Positions 1 through 12,066 of a stretch of 64,000 bases of DNA are shown piece by piece. Within the stretch, counting starts at the first letter, position 1, and every line of letters begins with the position of its first letter. The translations under genes and the position numbers were made by a program. The notes under the pieces are model-generated. The model saw nothing but the letters and a program-made list of their open reading frames with translations, was not told the origin of the DNA and did no database searches. The stretch covers positions 864,001 to 928,000 of the forward strand of contig CAWKDC010000001.1 in NCBI GenBank assembly GCA_963848305.1. The letters run 5' to 3'. The stretch comes from an uncultured Gammaproteobacteria bacterium (GTDB lineage: Bacteria > Pseudomonadota > Gammaproteobacteria > JABCZS01).

Positions 1-156
1 ACGAATGGCTAAATGAAGCTCAGCAAAATACTGAAAACCCACCAAGGCCACGCCAAACAGGATAGAAGATAAAAACCATTTGATTTTATTCAAGTTATTT
101 CCACCAACCACTGAAAAATCGGACTTTTTTGCACATGCAACTTGACTGTCAGCCAT
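1..156 (-). CDS. secE: Preprotein translocase subunit SecE, 5' part (runs off the window edge)
   Basis: Manual translation from ATG 156: MADSQVACAKKSDFSVVGGNNLNKIKWFLSSILFGVALVGFQYFAELHLAIR. The KW plus hydrophobic helix is SecE-like, and the position after tuf-tRNA-Trp is canonical. Confidence 0.8.
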   Translation of the reverse strand, partial: MADSQVACAKKSDFSVVGGNNLNKIKWFLSSILFGVALVGFQYFAELHLAIR

Positions 157-276
157 ATCAACACCCATACCCGCATCCTGAGGAGCAGGGATAGTAACAC
201 AAAATTTGAAAAAAACAAAGGTTATATGCGACTTTTTGCAAAATTTGCAGGGCGCGTCAATGCGCCCGTACAAATT

Positions 277-352
<76 letters not shown>

Positions 353-426
353 AAAATGTAAAGATATTGACAGGCCCTTGCGGGCCTTGTCAAGGGCACA
401 GCATACTGTGCCCATACAATTACCAA

Positions 427-1620
427 TTACTTCAAGATCTTGCTGACAACGCCAGCGCCAACGGTACGACCACCTTCGCGGATAGCAAAGCGTAAGCCAT
501 CTTCCATCGCGATAGGCGCAACCAGTTCAACGATCATCTTGGTGTTGTCACCAGGCATGACCATTTCAACGCCTTCTTGCAAGAAGACTTCGCCTGTGAC
601 GTCAGTCGTTCTGAAGTAGAACTGTGGACGGTATCCAGCCAAGAATGGGGTATGACGACCACCTTCTTCTTTGGACAACACGTACACTTCGCACTCAAAC
701 TTGGTGTGAGGCTTCATGCTACCTGGTTTGCACAATACTTGACCGCGTTCCACGTCTTCACGCTTCGTGCCTCTGAGCAGAACACCGATGTTGTCCCCGG
801 CTTGACCTTGATCAAGCAGTTTGCGGAACATTTCAACACCTGTGCAAATGGTCTTGACCGTGTCTTTGAGACCCACGATTTCGATTTCTTCGCCGACTTT
901 GACGATACCGCGTTCTACACGGCCTGTCACCACAGTACCACGTCCAGAAATCGAGAATACGTCTTCGATAGGCATCAAGAAAGGTTTGTCGATTTCGCGT
1001 TTAGGTTCAGGGATGTAGCTATCCAATGCATCCAACAGTTTAGCAACGGCTTGCGTGCCAATTGGGCTGTCTTCGCCTTCGAGTGCTTTCAATGCAGAAC
1101 CGGTCACGATAGGAATGGTATCGCCAGGGAAGCCGTATGCGCTCAGCAAATCGCGTACTTCCATTTCGACCAATTCCAGCAATTCAGGATCATCGACCAT
1201 GTCAGCTTTGTTCAAGAATACAACAATATAAGGAACACCCACTTGGCGTGCTAAGAGGATATGCTCTCTGGTTTGTGGCATAGGACCGTCCGCTGCCGAC
1301 ACAACCAAGATCGCGCCGTCCATTTGGGCAGCACCCGTGATCATGTTTTTGACATAGTCGGCGTGTCCTGGGCAGTCCACGTGCGCGTAATGGCGATTCT
1401 TCGTTTCATACTCTACGTGCGCTGCGTTAATCGTGATACCACGAGCCTTTTCTTCAGGCGCATTATCAATTTCGTTGATGTTTTTAACTTCACCGGCACC
1501 GCTCAATTTTGCAGCAACGGTTGTTAAAGCTGCTGTCAACGTGGTTTTACCATGATCGACGTGGCCGATAGTGCCCACGTTGACGTGTGGTTTATTACGT
1601 GCATAAGTTGCTTTAGCCAT
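427..1620 (-). CDS. tuf: Elongation factor Tu
   Basis: [21 protein letters not shown] and NKAD motifs, C-terminal [13 protein letters not shown]. Confidence 0.99.
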   Translation of the reverse strand: MAKATYARNKPHVNVGTIGHVDHGKTTLTAALTTVAAKLSGAGEVKNINEIDNAPEEKARGITINAAHVEYETKNRHYAHVDCPGHADYVKNMITGAAQMDGAILVVSAADGPMPQTREHILLARQVGVPYIVVFLNKADMVDDPELLELVEMEVRDLLSAYGFPGDTIPIVTGSALKALEGEDSPIGTQAVAKLLDALDSYIPEPKREIDKPFLMPIEDVFSISGRGTVVTGRVERGIVKVGEEIEIVGLKDTVKTICTGVEMFRKLLDQGQAGDNIGVLLRGTKREDVERGQVLCKPGSMKPHTKFECEVYVLSKEEGGRHTPFLAGYRPQFYFRTTDVTGEVFLQEGVEMVMPGDNTKMIVELVAPIAMEDGLRFAIREGGRTVGAGVVSKILK

Positions 1621-1655
1621 TTCTCACCCCTTTCTAAATAAACACGCGTATGACC

Positions 1656-1730
<75 letters not shown>

Positions 1731-1787
1731 CTGTCAAACGCTTTAATTTTGCCATCATATAGCGCGGATGCCGGGTATATATCTATT

Positions 1788-1861
1788 TGGAGCGGGTGAT
1801 GGGAATCGAACCCACACAATCAGCTTGGAAGGCTGAAGTTCTACCATTGAACTACACCCGC
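1788..1861 (-). tRNA. tRNA-Gly (TCC)
   Basis: GCGGGTGTAGTTCAATGGTAGAAC...CTTCCAAG...GGTTCGATTCCC...CTCCA. Confidence 0.96.
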
Positions 1862-1898
1862 ACCGACACCCAAACATTCGTCTACTTCATACTTATTT

Positions 1899-1980
1899 TG
1901 GAGGGAGTAGGATTCGAACCTACGAAGGCAGAGCCGTCAGATTTACAGTCTGATCCCTTTAACCACTCGGGAATCCCTCC
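1899..1980 (-). tRNA. tRNA-Tyr (GTA), 3' CCA not encoded
   Basis: GGAGGGATTCCCGAGTGG...CTGTAAA...long variable arm...GGTTCGAATCC...TCCCTCCA, followed by AAA. Confidence 0.96.
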
Positions 1981-1994
1981 ATAAACAGGGAGTC

Positions 1995-2023
1995 ATTGTC
2001 CTCAAAGCAATCAGTCCTGTCAA
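1995..2023 (-). promoter_or_regulatory. Sigma70 promoter of the tRNA-Tyr/Gly/Thr-tuf operon
   Basis: TTGACA (2023-2018), 17 bp spacer, GACAAT (2000-1995), 14 nt upstream of tRNA-Tyr. Confidence 0.7.
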
Positions 2024-2231
2024 GGGGGGGAAAGTAAATATTTGTTTAAAAAACACACATTTTTGATAGAGAAAGCTTCGCTCTCGAGAATGACAAGCAA
2101 GGGTTTAGCTAGGGAGGGGGATATCGTGAGGTGGCTTGGTTCCTGCATGCCGTCCTGTTTCCGTACAACTCTATTATTATGCCTACTTGTGCTCACACCG
2201 TCGTGTTACACATTTATTTATGTTGAACGGG

Positions 2232-2260
2232 ATATTAAATAATTATTTCAAGCGTGTCAA
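2232..2260 (-). promoter_or_regulatory. Second sigma70-like promoter with AT-rich upstream element
   Basis: TTGACA (2260-2255), 17 bp spacer, TAATAT (2237-2232), with A/T tracts upstream. Confidence 0.5.
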
Positions 2261-2302
2261 TAGGGGTTATAAAAATATTTTTGATTTTGGCAGTTTTTGT
2301 GT

Positions 2303-2743
2303 CTAACTCTCTTCGGCAGACTGTATATAATCACCATCTGTGCACAATTGTAAAAAGTGCTTTCTGTTAAAGGTCACTAATTTTTCTGCGTGATGTTGTT
2401 GTGCAGTTTTCAAAATAATCGCATCATAAATAATTCCACCGCTCAAACCCAACAGTGAGAGATCTTCGGCAATATCCATAAACTCTTGCGGATCCAATGT
2501 CACAAGTTTTCCCATTTTCTTCGCATTGTCACGAAGAATGCGATATGCCACCGCTGGAGAAATTTTGGGGCTTAGAGGCAGACGAGTGAGGACGGCATAG
2601 CACTCTGCGATGGAATGTGCTGCAACCATGATTGAAATTTTTTTCTTTTCAGCTAATTGAAACCAATGGATAGCAGCACTATGGTGCGGATGTGTCGCAA
2701 CAAAGGCAGCCACTAAGACATTCGTGTCCAGTAAAACTAGCAT
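2303..2743 (-). CDS. vapC: PIN-domain VapC-like toxin
   Basis: LLDTNVLV start, conserved acidic PIN residues (AEC, IYDAII) and LVTFN. Confidence 0.9.
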   Translation of the reverse strand: MLVLLDTNVLVAAFVATHPHHSAAIHWFQLAEKKKISIMVAAHSIAECYAVLTRLPLSPKISPAVAYRILRDNAKKMGKLVTLDPQEFMDIAEDLSLLGLSGGIIYDAIILKTAQQHHAEKLVTFNRKHFLQLCTDGDYIQSAEES

Positions 2744-2748
2744 GATTA

Positions 2749-2991
2749 TCAGTCCCTCAACCTTTCATCCCTGATGGTATCTAAAATATGATCTACATTA
2801 CCGGTCATTTTCCCGGTGTATACCAATAACCCATCTTCCATAGAAGTATATTGTTGTTTATGAACAACTTTAATAATGACAGCGTCCCCCTGCTCTTGCA
2901 TCTCCAGCAGGGTATCTGTGTCGATACCTAAATGAGTACGCATGGCTTTTGGAAGCGTGATCCGGCCAAATTTATCGAGTGTTGTTTGCAT
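2749..2991 (-). CDS. AbrB/MazE/SpoVT-fold antitoxin (VapB-like)
   Basis: MQTTLDKFGRITLPKAMRTHLGI AbrB signature, directly upstream of the PIN toxin. Confidence 0.88.
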   Translation of the reverse strand: MQTTLDKFGRITLPKAMRTHLGIDTDTLLEMQEQGDAVIIKVVHKQQYTSMEDGLLVYTGKMTGNVDHILDTIRDERLRD

Positions 2992-3005
2992 ATACCCCCC
3001 CCCAT

Positions 3006-3057
3006 ATTGCCAATATAGACCCCCAATTGCCAATTGTCAATACCAAAAATTGACAAT
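3006..3057. promoter_or_regulatory. Array of four ATTG-N-CAAT palindromes, putative vapBC operator
   Basis: ATTGCCAAT at 3006, ATTGCCAAT at 3026, ATTGTCAAT at 3033 and ATTGACAAT at 3049, just upstream of the antitoxin start. Confidence 0.6.
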
Positions 3058-3197
3058 CCACATCCCCAATGTCTTGCACAGTACATGCTTTGAGCCTTCA
3101 TCGCACAGCTACAAGTCCAACCTGCAAATTCGTATTGCCAGTTCTCAGAAACTGGGACATAATATAGCTACATTTGGCTTGGAGGCTATTTCTTATC

Positions 3198-4376
3198 ATG
3201 TTCAAAAAACTATTCTTATTCCTGGCAACCCTCAGTTTCACATCCACTTTGCTGGCTGCTCCAGCAGCACAACTGCCTGTCCCTGCTGCTCCAGCACTGG
3301 CGGCAAAAGCTTACGTTTTGCAAGACAGCAACAGTGGGCAAATCATTGTCTCTCATAATGGACAAGAACGCCTTCCCCCCGCCAGTCTCACCAAAATGAT
3401 GACCGTGTATGTTGTTGATAACGAGCTGGCCGCAGGCCGCCTGAAAATGGATGATCCTATCCTGATCAGTGAAAATGCATGGCGAAGCGAAGGCTCACGC
3501 ATGTTTGTCGATGTGAACAGTACCGTGCCTGCACGTGACTTATTAAATGGTGTGATCATTCAGTCTGGCAATGATGCCTCTGTCGCATTTGCTGAGCACA
3601 TTGCCGGCACAGAAGCCGCATTTGCAGATCAAATGAATGCGTATGCCAAAGCGTTGGGCATGAACAATACCCATTTCGTGAATGCCACCGGTATGCCAGA
3701 CCCCAATCATTACACGACGGCTGAAGACCTTGCGATCCTGGCCCGTGCCATCGTGCGTGATTTCCCCGAAACTTATCAAGTCTATTCGCAAAAAGATTTT
3801 GTCTTCAATGGTATCAAACAAAGCAACCGTAATAGCTTATTGTGGCGTGACAGTTCCGTAGACGGCATCAAAACCGGCCACACAGAAGATGCTGGGTTTT
3901 GTTTAGTCGCTTCAGCGCTGCGCAATAACATGCGCTTCAATGCGGTGATCCTGGGCGCTGAAAACGAAAATGCCCGCGCTGAACAAGCACAAAGTCTACT
4001 CAACTATGGTTTCCGCTTTTTCAGGACCCAATCATTATTGACCGGCAACAAACCCATTGCACAAGCACAAGTGTATCAAGGCAAATCATCCAAGCTCCCG
4101 ATTGGCGTTGAAAAAGATCTCGTCGTCACACTGCCCCAAAATCAAACACAACCCATCACGACTGCGCTCACCTTGAATGGCGATTTACGCGCACCCATCA
4201 CGCGTGGGCAAGTCGTGGGGGACATCACGATCAGCTTGAATAATCAAGTCATTGCGAAAACACCGATTGTGGCACTGGAAGCCGTCGATCGCGCGGGCAT
4301 TTGGGGACGTTTCACCGGTTGGTTGAAACTGTTCTTTAAGAACATTTTTCACAAGGCCCCAGCACCCCAACCCTAG
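3198..4376 (+). CDS. dacA: D-alanyl-D-alanine carboxypeptidase (PBP5/6 family)
   Basis: Signal peptide, SxxK (ASLTK), SGN and KTG motifs, PBP5 C-terminal domain. Confidence 0.93.
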   Translation: MFKKLFLFLATLSFTSTLLAAPAAQLPVPAAPALAAKAYVLQDSNSGQIIVSHNGQERLPPASLTKMMTVYVVDNELAAGRLKMDDPILISENAWRSEGSRMFVDVNSTVPARDLLNGVIIQSGNDASVAFAEHIAGTEAAFADQMNAYAKALGMNNTHFVNATGMPDPNHYTTAEDLAILARAIVRDFPETYQVYSQKDFVFNGIKQSNRNSLLWRDSSVDGIKTGHTEDAGFCLVASALRNNMRFNAVILGAENENARAEQAQSLLNYGFRFFRTQSLLTGNKPIAQAQVYQGKSSKLPIGVEKDLVVTLPQNQTQPITTALTLNGDLRAPITRGQVVGDITISLNNQVIAKTPIVALEAVDRAGIWGRFTGWLKLFFKNIFHKAPAPQP

Positions 4377-4395
4377 AAGGAATATCCATCACACC

Positions 4396-5241
4396 ATGAG
4401 TGACACCGTTTTTCTCAATGGCAGCTACATGCCTGCCGATCAAGCGACAGTCTCTGTCTTTGACAGAGGCTTCCTGTTCGGCGATGGTGTCTATGAAGTG
4501 ATCCCTTTCTATCAAGGCCGCGCGTTTGGATGGGAAGGGCACATGGTGCGCCTTGAAAGGAGTTTATCAGCGATTCAATTGAACAATCCACTCAGTGAAT
4601 CCCAGTGGCGTGACGTGGCAAAACATTTGTTGAAAGCCAACGGAGAAAGCCAGCTCGTTTACCTTCAAATCACACGCGGCGCTACAACGCCGCGCAAACA
4701 CAGTTATGAAGCAGGCACACAGCCGACCGTGTTTGCAAACAGCCTGTCTTTCACACCCGTCAACACACAGGGCGTGCATGCGATCACATTGCCTGATGAT
4801 CGTTGGGCGCATTGTCACATCAAATCGCTGAATTTATTGCCCAATGTGTTGGCCACGCAAGCCGCAAAACAACGTGGCGCCGTCGAGGCGATCTTGATCC
4901 GGCAGGGTCTCGTGACAGAGGGCGCATCCAGTAATGTGTTCGTCGTGAAAAATAATCAAGTGATGACTTCGCGCCTGGATGGTTCCATTTTAAGCGGTAT
5001 CACCCGTTCACTCGTGATGGATATTCTCGCCTCGCTGCAACATACTGTGAAAGACGTCGATGTCTCTTTTGAAACACTCATGCATGCCGATGAAGTCTGG
5101 CTAACCTCTGTCGGAAAAGAGATCACCCCGGTCATCCAAATTGATGGCCAACCCATCGGCACGGGTAAACCTGGCCCTGTTTGGGAACGCGCATTTGCCG
5201 CTTATCAACAACGTATTGCGCATGATGCAACACCCCTGTGA
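4396..5241 (+). CDS. dat: D-amino acid aminotransferase (class IV PLP enzyme)
   Basis: DRGFLFGDGVYE, IKSLNLL, EGASSN and LSGITR motifs. Confidence 0.85.
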   Translation: MSDTVFLNGSYMPADQATVSVFDRGFLFGDGVYEVIPFYQGRAFGWEGHMVRLERSLSAIQLNNPLSESQWRDVAKHLLKANGESQLVYLQITRGATTPRKHSYEAGTQPTVFANSLSFTPVNTQGVHAITLPDDRWAHCHIKSLNLLPNVLATQAAKQRGAVEAILIRQGLVTEGASSNVFVVKNNQVMTSRLDGSILSGITRSLVMDILASLQHTVKDVDVSFETLMHADEVWLTSVGKEITPVIQIDGQPIGTGKPGPVWERAFAAYQQRIAHDATPL

Positions 5242-5863
5242 TGTGATCATTCGACATTTGGGTCAAGTCCCCTACCTCCCCACATGGGAAAGAATGCGCG
5301 CCTTCACCGAAACACGCACGCCCGGCACCTGCGATGAAATCTGGTTTCTCTCTCATCCACCTGTATTCACGCAAGGACAAGCGGGGAAACCAGAGCATTT
5401 GCTTTACCCCGGTGACATTGAAGTAGTGCAGACCGATCGTGGCGGGCAGGTCACCTATCATGGGCCTGGGCAACTGATTGTTTATTGTCTCATTGATTTG
5501 AAAAGAAAAAATTGGGGGATTCGTCGGCTGGTGAGCCTGATTGAAACGTCAGTGATTGAGATGCTCGCAGCAGAAGGGATCGATGCCCATGCCAAACAGG
5601 ATGCCCCGGGTGTGTATGTGGGGAATGCCAAAATTTGTTCGCTCGGGCTGCGCGTGAAGCGGGGCTGTAGTTATCACGGACTGGCGCTCAATGTGAACAT
5701 GGATTTGAAGCCGTTTAGCCAGATTAATCCTTGCGGATACAAAGACTTAGCAGTTTGTCAAACGAAAGATCTGGGAGGGCTCACAACAGTTGAGGCTGCC
5801 CAAGAAAAGCTGTTGGTGCAATTGCTTGCTCACTTCGGGTATAATCAGCCGTGTCTTGTATAA
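5222..5863 (+). CDS. lipB: Octanoyltransferase LipB
   Basis: [33 protein letters not shown] and INPCG motifs. Confidence 0.96.
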   Translation: MMQHPCDVIIRHLGQVPYLPTWERMRAFTETRTPGTCDEIWFLSHPPVFTQGQAGKPEHLLYPGDIEVVQTDRGGQVTYHGPGQLIVYCLIDLKRKNWGIRRLVSLIETSVIEMLAAEGIDAHAKQDAPGVYVGNAKICSLGLRVKRGCSYHGLALNVNMDLKPFSQINPCGYKDLAVCQTKDLGGLTTVEAAQEKLLVQLLAHFGYNQPCLV

Positions 5864-5873
5864 AGGGGTGCTC

Positions 5874-6815
5874 ATGAGTAGTCAAGAAAAACAACGCGGT
5901 TTTGACAAATTGTCCCGCATTCCCATTAAAATTGAATCACAACCACCCTTGAAAAAACCTGACTGGATCCGTGTCCGCCTTCCCTCACAAGATAACATTG
6001 ACATTGTCACAAACATGCTGCGGCAAAATCGTTTGCACAGTGTGTGCGAAGAAGCCTCTTGTCCGAATTTACCCGAATGTTTCAGTAAAGGCACCGCTAC
6101 ATTCATGATCATGGGCGATAAGTGTACTCGCCGTTGTAGTTTTTGCGATGTTGCGCACGGCCGCCCCGATCCACTCGATGAAAGCGAACCTGAAAATGTC
6201 GCGAATGCCATTCAAACGATGGGACTCAAATATGTGGTGATCACGTCTGTTGATCGAGATGATTTGCGTGATGGTGGAGCGGGACATTTCGCTGCTTGCA
6301 TCAAAGCAACACGCGCCAAAAATCCAGCTACTCGCATTGAAATTTTAGTGCCCGATTTTCGCGGTAAAAACCGTCGGCAAATCGCGATTGATATTTTAGC
6401 GACAGAACCACCTGATGTATTTAATCACAATATCGAAACGGTGCCACGGCTTTATGCGCAAGCCAGACCCGGTTCAGATTATCAATGGTCACTATTGTTA
6501 CTCAAGGAATTCAAGGAAAAGTTTCCACACATACCGACCAAATCGGGCATCATGCTAGGTTTAGGCGAAACACTGGATGAAGTGCGTCAGGTCATGCGCG
6601 ATTTACGCGCGCACAATGTAAACATGGTGACGATTGGCCAATACCTTCAACCCTCAAAATATCATTTGCCCGTGGCACGATACGTCACCCCAGCTGAATT
6701 TGATCAGTTGCGCATTGAAGGGGAAGCCATGGGCTTCACCAATGTGGCCAGCGGTCCGCTGGTCAGATCGTCTTATCATGCGGATAAGCAGGCAGATGGG
6801 GAGCGCGTGGCATAG
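5874..6815 (+). CDS. lipA: Lipoyl synthase LipA
   Basis: [20 protein letters not shown] radical-SAM motif and VRSSYHA. Confidence 0.98.
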   Translation: MSSQEKQRGFDKLSRIPIKIESQPPLKKPDWIRVRLPSQDNIDIVTNMLRQNRLHSVCEEASCPNLPECFSKGTATFMIMGDKCTRRCSFCDVAHGRPDPLDESEPENVANAIQTMGLKYVVITSVDRDDLRDGGAGHFAACIKATRAKNPATRIEILVPDFRGKNRRQIAIDILATEPPDVFNHNIETVPRLYAQARPGSDYQWSLLLLKEFKEKFPHIPTKSGIMLGLGETLDEVRQVMRDLRAHNVNMVTIGQYLQPSKYHLPVARYVTPAEFDQLRIEGEAMGFTNVASGPLVRSSYHADKQADGERVA

Positions 6816-9456
6816 AAAAGAAAAAGATGGCTCCGCCATCTTCCGCATTTTGAACGCCAATTTCACCGCCATGTGCGTGAATGATCGTATAACAAATGGC
6901 CAAGCCCAATCCTAAACCCCGTTCCTTCGTGAGCAGACGGCCTCTGTAAAATTTATCAAATAACTTATCCATTTCATCCGGCATAATGCCTGGACCATGA
7001 TCCACCACACTCACAATCACCTGCGCTTGATCAAAGGTGACATGAAATTCAATCGGTGTATCTTTTGGCGTAAATTTAATCGCATTGTCCAACAGGTTGA
7101 TCAGCACTTCCTGTATCAAGATAGTGTCGAATGGAATGAGTGGCAAATCATTGGGTATATTCATATAAATAGGACGATTCCCCAGCTTTCTCTCTGAGGC
7201 TTGCACCACTGTCATGATGGCATTTCTGATCGACAGCATTTCTTTGTGCAATGTAATATTTTCATATTCGAAATAAGTACTTTGCAGCATATTATTGATC
7301 AAACGGCTTAATTGCTCCGTTTCAAGATAAATGTCTTTACCAAACTCCATAATCGATTGAGGATCTAAATCAGATGCCATTTGCATTTGAGAGGTTGCAG
7401 ATTCAATGATAGAACGCAAAGGCGTACGCAAATCTTGTGAGAAAGATCTCAACAAAGTACTTCTCGCACGATCTGTTTCAGCTTTCAATTCAGTTTTCTT
7501 CGCATTTTCTTGCAAACGATCCACCTCAATCGCCAATGCAATTTGATTGGCACAAGCCTCAAGCAAATGGATAGTTTCAGGTTCAAGAAAACGATCAGGA
7601 TTTTCAGGATGCAAGCGCAAAACACCCATCACAGATTGAGAACCTTGCAACGGCATGAAAAGTGCTTCAGAAAATGACAGCGAGTCTGTTCCCAATCCCG
7701 CTTTCTGTCCTATTTCATACACCCATTCAGCGATGCCTTGCTCTTTCTCGTTCAATGCATGATCGGTCCGTGTTTTAACACACACAGACAAATGTCCTTC
7801 TCTGGGCAACAACCCCATGACATCGCAATTAAACGCATCACTGATATATTTTGCACCCATCTTGAGCAATTGCTCTGTACCTCGGGTTTTGGACAATTGT
7901 CGACTGAGCGTATACAGCGCAGATACCTGTTGGGCAGATAATCGCGCAGATTCAGCTTGCCTGCGTGATAACAATGTTAATTGCGTGATCACTTGACCGA
8001 CAATCAACATCACAGCGAGGGTAAATAAATATTTGACATCACTCACAGCAAAACTAAAATAAGGCGGAATAAAAAAGAAATCATACGCCAGGACACTGAG
8101 TACCGACGTTAAAATAGAAGGACCCACTTGCCCAAACACAGCGACTACTGTGATCCCCAATAAATAAACCATCACCAGATTACTGGATGTCATGAGAGGA
8201 AACAGCATGAAGTAATCAATCACTGTGGCGACGACCACAACACCGATTGCGATGAAATAAGATCCCCACTGAATGCGGCGCTTCTTGATAGGTTCCATTT
8301 TTTTCGGGGGCTCTTTTTCAGGTAATCCCGTCATGACATACACATCAATATCACCACTGACCCTGACAATTTCATCTGCCAAGTTTCTAAAAAAGACATT
8401 GCGCCAACGGCGTCGAATATGCTTCCATAACATGATTTGCGTGATATTTTGTTCATGCGCAAATTTCATGATCTCTTCCACAATGTCAATACCAGTGAGA
8501 ATGCGTGTTTCAGCACCTAGCTGTTCAGCGAACCGTAGATTTTTAACAGCCTTATTGCGTCTCTCTTCTGCATGACGGATTTGTGGTCGATCGACGTAAA
8601 CGCATACCCATTCGGCTTGCAAGCTCGAAGCCATGCGTTTTGCACGTCGTATAAGTTTTCGCGACTCATCTCCCGAACCCACAAACACCAATATCTTTTC
8701 TCGCGTAGGCCAAATCGGCTGAATGCCTTGTCCTTGACGATACAATAGGACTTGCGCTTCAACCAACTCAGCGGTTACACGCAATGCCATTTCACGCAAT
8801 GCAATGAGATTTCCCTTTCTGAAATACATGTCTTTTGCAATATCGGCTTGTTGACCGAAATACACTTTCCCTTCTTGCAAGCGCTTTAATAATTCTTCTG
8901 GTGGAATATCGACAAGCTCGATGGTGTTCGCCATTTCAATCATTGAGTCAGGCACCGTTTCCTTAATGGACACCTGAATAATGCGTGACACATCATCGAT
9001 GAGACTTTCAATATGCTGAACATTTAATGTCGTGTAAACATCAATACCACGATCTAATAACTCTTTGATATCTTGCCAACGTTTATTATGCCGAAGCCCA
9101 GGCACATTGGTATGTGCCATTTCATCCATTAGTATAAGCGCAGGATGTCTTTTCAATGCAGCATCTAAATCAAATTCTGGCATTTTCATGCCACGATAAT
9201 CGACCGAAATTTTGGGTAATAGCTCGAATTCCTTCAGCATTGCTTCAATTTCTTCACGACCATGTGATTCAACGATGCCAATCACCACATCTAACCCTTT
9301 CTCGCGCTCCAATAGCGAATCACTGAGCATGGCATATGTTTTACCGACGCCGGGTGCAGCACCCAAATAAATTTTGAGCTTGCCTCGATTTTCCTGGCGT
9401 ACTTCATCTTGAACTTGCTGTAACAATTTATTGGGATTGGGTCTTTGTTCCTGCAT
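6763..9456 (-). CDS. kdpD: KdpD sensor protein with the H-box His replaced by Gln
   Basis: [17 protein letters not shown]-domain, Usp-like domain, 4 TM, GAF, DHp reading SQDLRTPL, and HATPase N/D/F/G boxes ([19 protein letters not shown]). Confidence 0.95.
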   Translation of the reverse strand: MQEQRPNPNKLLQQVQDEVRQENRGKLKIYLGAAPGVGKTYAMLSDSLLEREKGLDVVIGIVESHGREEIEAMLKEFELLPKISVDYRGMKMPEFDLDAALKRHPALILMDEMAHTNVPGLRHNKRWQDIKELLDRGIDVYTTLNVQHIESLIDDVSRIIQVSIKETVPDSMIEMANTIELVDIPPEELLKRLQEGKVYFGQQADIAKDMYFRKGNLIALREMALRVTAELVEAQVLLYRQGQGIQPIWPTREKILVFVGSGDESRKLIRRAKRMASSLQAEWVCVYVDRPQIRHAEERRNKAVKNLRFAEQLGAETRILTGIDIVEEIMKFAHEQNITQIMLWKHIRRRWRNVFFRNLADEIVRVSGDIDVYVMTGLPEKEPPKKMEPIKKRRIQWGSYFIAIGVVVVATVIDYFMLFPLMTSSNLVMVYLLGITVVAVFGQVGPSILTSVLSVLAYDFFFIPPYFSFAVSDVKYLFTLAVMLIVGQVITQLTLLSRRQAESARLSAQQVSALYTLSRQLSKTRGTEQLLKMGAKYISDAFNCDVMGLLPREGHLSVCVKTRTDHALNEKEQGIAEWVYEIGQKAGLGTDSLSFSEALFMPLQGSQSVMGVLRLHPENPDRFLEPETIHLLEACANQIALAIEVDRLQENAKKTELKAETDRARSTLLRSFSQDLRTPLRSIIESATSQMQMASDLDPQSIMEFGKDIYLETEQLSRLINNMLQSTYFEYENITLHKEMLSIRNAIMTVVQASERKLGNRPIYMNIPNDLPLIPFDTILIQEVLINLLDNAIKFTPKDTPIEFHVTFDQAQVIVSVVDHGPGIMPDEMDKLFDKFYRGRLLTKERGLGLGLAICYTIIHAHGGEIGVQNAEDGGAIFFFSMPRAPHLPAYPHDKTI

Positions 9457-10000
9457 GAACGCTCCTTAATTGATCCAGTGCGATATTCAGTGTGAGTACA
9501 TTGATACGAGGTTCGCCAAATATTCCCCATGTTCGTTTTTCAATATGTGATTCTACCAGCGCGTGTATGTCCGCTTCAGGAATCTGATTGGCATTTGCAA
9601 CACGAGCAACCTGGTAAAATGCAGCTTCTGGGCTGATGTGAGGATCTAATCCACTGCCAGAAGCTGTGACTAAATTGACGGGAACAGATTCTGTTGATTG
9701 AGCATGCTGATCTCGCAGAGCATTCACTCGTGCTTGAACTGTTTTGATATAATCAGGATTAGATGGACCACTGTTCGATCCTCCAATTTGTGATGCTGAC
9801 GGCCTGCCCCAAAAATAGTGAGATCCGGTGATGTTTTGTCCAATCAATTCAGAACCAATTTTTTGTCCATTTTGTTCGATTAAGCTCCCATTGGCTTTCC
9901 AAGGAAAAAATATTTGTGCGGCAGCAGTGATGGCCATGGGATACAGAAATCCTGTCAAGACAGTCATGCATAACATCAATTTCAAAGCGGTTTTGATCAT
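9428..10000 (-). CDS. kdpC: K+-transporting ATPase subunit C
   Basis: [33 protein letters not shown] and GEPRINVL motifs. Confidence 0.96.
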   Translation of the reverse strand: MIKTALKLMLCMTVLTGFLYPMAITAAAQIFFPWKANGSLIEQNGQKIGSELIGQNITGSHYFWGRPSASQIGGSNSGPSNPDYIKTVQARVNALRDQHAQSTESVPVNLVTASGSGLDPHISPEAAFYQVARVANANQIPEADIHALVESHIEKRTWGIFGEPRINVLTLNIALDQLRSVHAGTKTQSQ

Positions 10001-12066
10001 GCTGTTAATCCTAATGCAACCAGTAATAAATCGATCATTTTAATCCCAAGAAAAGGCACCAATAAACCTCCAAAACCATATATCAGCACATTACTGCGCA
10101 GTAATTTGGATGCAGACACACGACGGTATCTCACACCTCGCAAAGCGAGAGGGATCAAAGCGACAATGATCAGTGCATTGAAAATCACCGCTGACATCAC
10201 CGCACTTTGTGGTGTTGCAAGATGCATGATATTAAGTGCATTCAGTGAGGGATATGTTGCTGCAAATGCTGCGGGCAATATCGCAAAATATTTGGCAACA
10301 TCATTCGCAATACTGAAAGTGGTGAGAGAACCTCGCGTCATGAGTAATTGTTTACCAATTTCCACAATTTCAATGAGCTTAGTGGGATTAGAATCAAGAT
10401 CCACCAAATTACCTGCTTCTTTCGCCGCTTGCGTTCCCGTGTTCATCGCCACTGCCACATCGGCTTGTGCTAAAGCAGGAGCATCGTTGGTGCCATCCCC
10501 TGTCATCGCCACCAAATAACCTTCTTTCTGGTAACGTGCAATCAATTTCAATTTATCTTCAGGTGTTGCATTGGCCAGAAAATCATCAACGCCCGCTTCT
10601 GCTGCAATCGCCGCGGCCGTCAGCGGATTATCGCCCGTGACCATGATGGTTTTAATCCCCATTTGCCTGAGTTGCGCAAAACGCTCTTTGATGCCACCTT
10701 TTACAATGTCTTTGAGATAAATCACGCCCAATATTTTATTTCCTTCTGATACCACCAAGGCAGTGCCGCCTTTACGCGAAATACTGTCGACTTGGCGAGA
10801 CACTTCTTCAGGGATTTTCCCCCCTAGTGCTCCCATATGATCTTTGATTGCATCAGCAGCACCTTTGAAAATTTGTCGACCCGAGATATTCACGCCACTC
10901 ATGCGCGTTTGTGCAGTAAAGGGAATAAATGTCGCTTTTAATGCTGCAATGTCATGCGCGCGCAATCCATATTTTTCTTTAGCAAGGATCACAATGCTGC
11001 GCCCTTCTGGGGTTTCATCTGCGAGTGAAGCAAGTTGCGCTGCCTCTGCGAGTTGTTCCACTGAAACGCCTTCTGCGGGCATGAATTCATGTGCTTGGCG
11101 ATTGCCCAAGGTGATCGTGCCTGTTTTATCCAGCAATAAAATGTCAACATCTCCTGCTGCTTCAACGGCTCGTCCTGACATGGCAATGACATTTGCTTGA
11201 ATCATGCGATCCATACCTGCAATGCCAATCGCTGACAGTAATCCGCCGATGGTTGTTGGGGCTAAGCACACAAACAATGCGACAAGGACTGTGATCGTGA
11301 TGACTTGACCCGTCCCTGCGGATGCAACACTGTAAATGGATAGCGGTAACAATGTTGTGCACACGAGTAAGAATACAATGGTAAGCGCAGCGAGTAATAT
11401 GGTTAAGGCCAATTCATTAGGTGTTTTTTGACGCTTCGCACCCTCGACCAAATCGATCATGTGATCTAGAAATGTTTCTCCTGGATTAGAGGTGATGCGC
11501 ACGATGATCCAATCAGATATCACCAGTGTACCACCTGTCACTGAACTTCTGTCGCCGCCACTTTCACGGATCACGGGTGCGCTTTCTCCCGTGACAGCAC
11601 TCTCATTGACAAACGCAATGCCTTCAATCACTTCACCATCACTGGGAATAAAATCACCGGTTTCGACCAATACAATGTCCCCCGCATGCAATTGCGCGGA
11701 TGGAACCACTGTGATATGTGCATCACGCGAGGGCTTTGATAATTTTTTCGCTTGTACCTCGCGCCGTGATTGACGCAAAGCTTGCGCCTGTGCCTTGCCT
11801 CTGCCCTCTGCCATGGCTTCTGCAAAATTGGCGAATAAGACGGTGAACCATATCCACAATGAAATGCCTAAAATAAACATCGGAGGTGCTTCACCTGTTT
11901 TCCAAACAGCTTGAATGAAAAGACACGTCGTCAGGATAGCACCTATAAACACGGTGAACATCACTGGATTTCTTGCTTGATGGCGCGGAGAACACTTCAG
12001 TAATGCATCCTTGATGGCCACTGTGATGATGTTCACATCCCATATTTTATGTTGCTTAGTGGCCAT
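9997..12066 (-). CDS. kdpB: K+-transporting ATPase subunit B (P-type ATPase)
   Basis: NPVMF, TGES, DKTGT and [10 protein letters not shown] motifs. Confidence 0.98.
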   Translation of the reverse strand: MATKQHKIWDVNIITVAIKDALLKCSPRHQARNPVMFTVFIGAILTTCLFIQAVWKTGEAPPMFILGISLWIWFTVLFANFAEAMAEGRGKAQAQALRQSRREVQAKKLSKPSRDAHITVVPSAQLHAGDIVLVETGDFIPSDGEVIEGIAFVNESAVTGESAPVIRESGGDRSSVTGGTLVISDWIIVRITSNPGETFLDHMIDLVEGAKRQKTPNELALTILLAALTIVFLLVCTTLLPLSIYSVASAGTGQVITITVLVALFVCLAPTTIGGLLSAIGIAGMDRMIQANVIAMSGRAVEAAGDVDILLLDKTGTITLGNRQAHEFMPAEGVSVEQLAEAAQLASLADETPEGRSIVILAKEKYGLRAHDIAALKATFIPFTAQTRMSGVNISGRQIFKGAADAIKDHMGALGGKIPEEVSRQVDSISRKGGTALVVSEGNKILGVIYLKDIVKGGIKERFAQLRQMGIKTIMVTGDNPLTAAAIAAEAGVDDFLANATPEDKLKLIARYQKEGYLVAMTGDGTNDAPALAQADVAVAMNTGTQAAKEAGNLVDLDSNPTKLIEIVEIGKQLLMTRGSLTTFSIANDVAKYFAILPAAFAATYPSLNALNIMHLATPQSAVMSAVIFNALIIVALIPLALRGVRYRRVSASKLLRSNVLIYGFGGLLVPFLGIKMIDLLLVALGLTA

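Noticed and set aside
6763-6815. Convergent 3' overlaps (kdpD/lipA, and the M48 protease gene with the orphan at 22820-22923) as regulatory antisense
   Set aside because: The overlapping tails look like non-conserved extensions after stop-codon drift; nothing in the sequence supports a function
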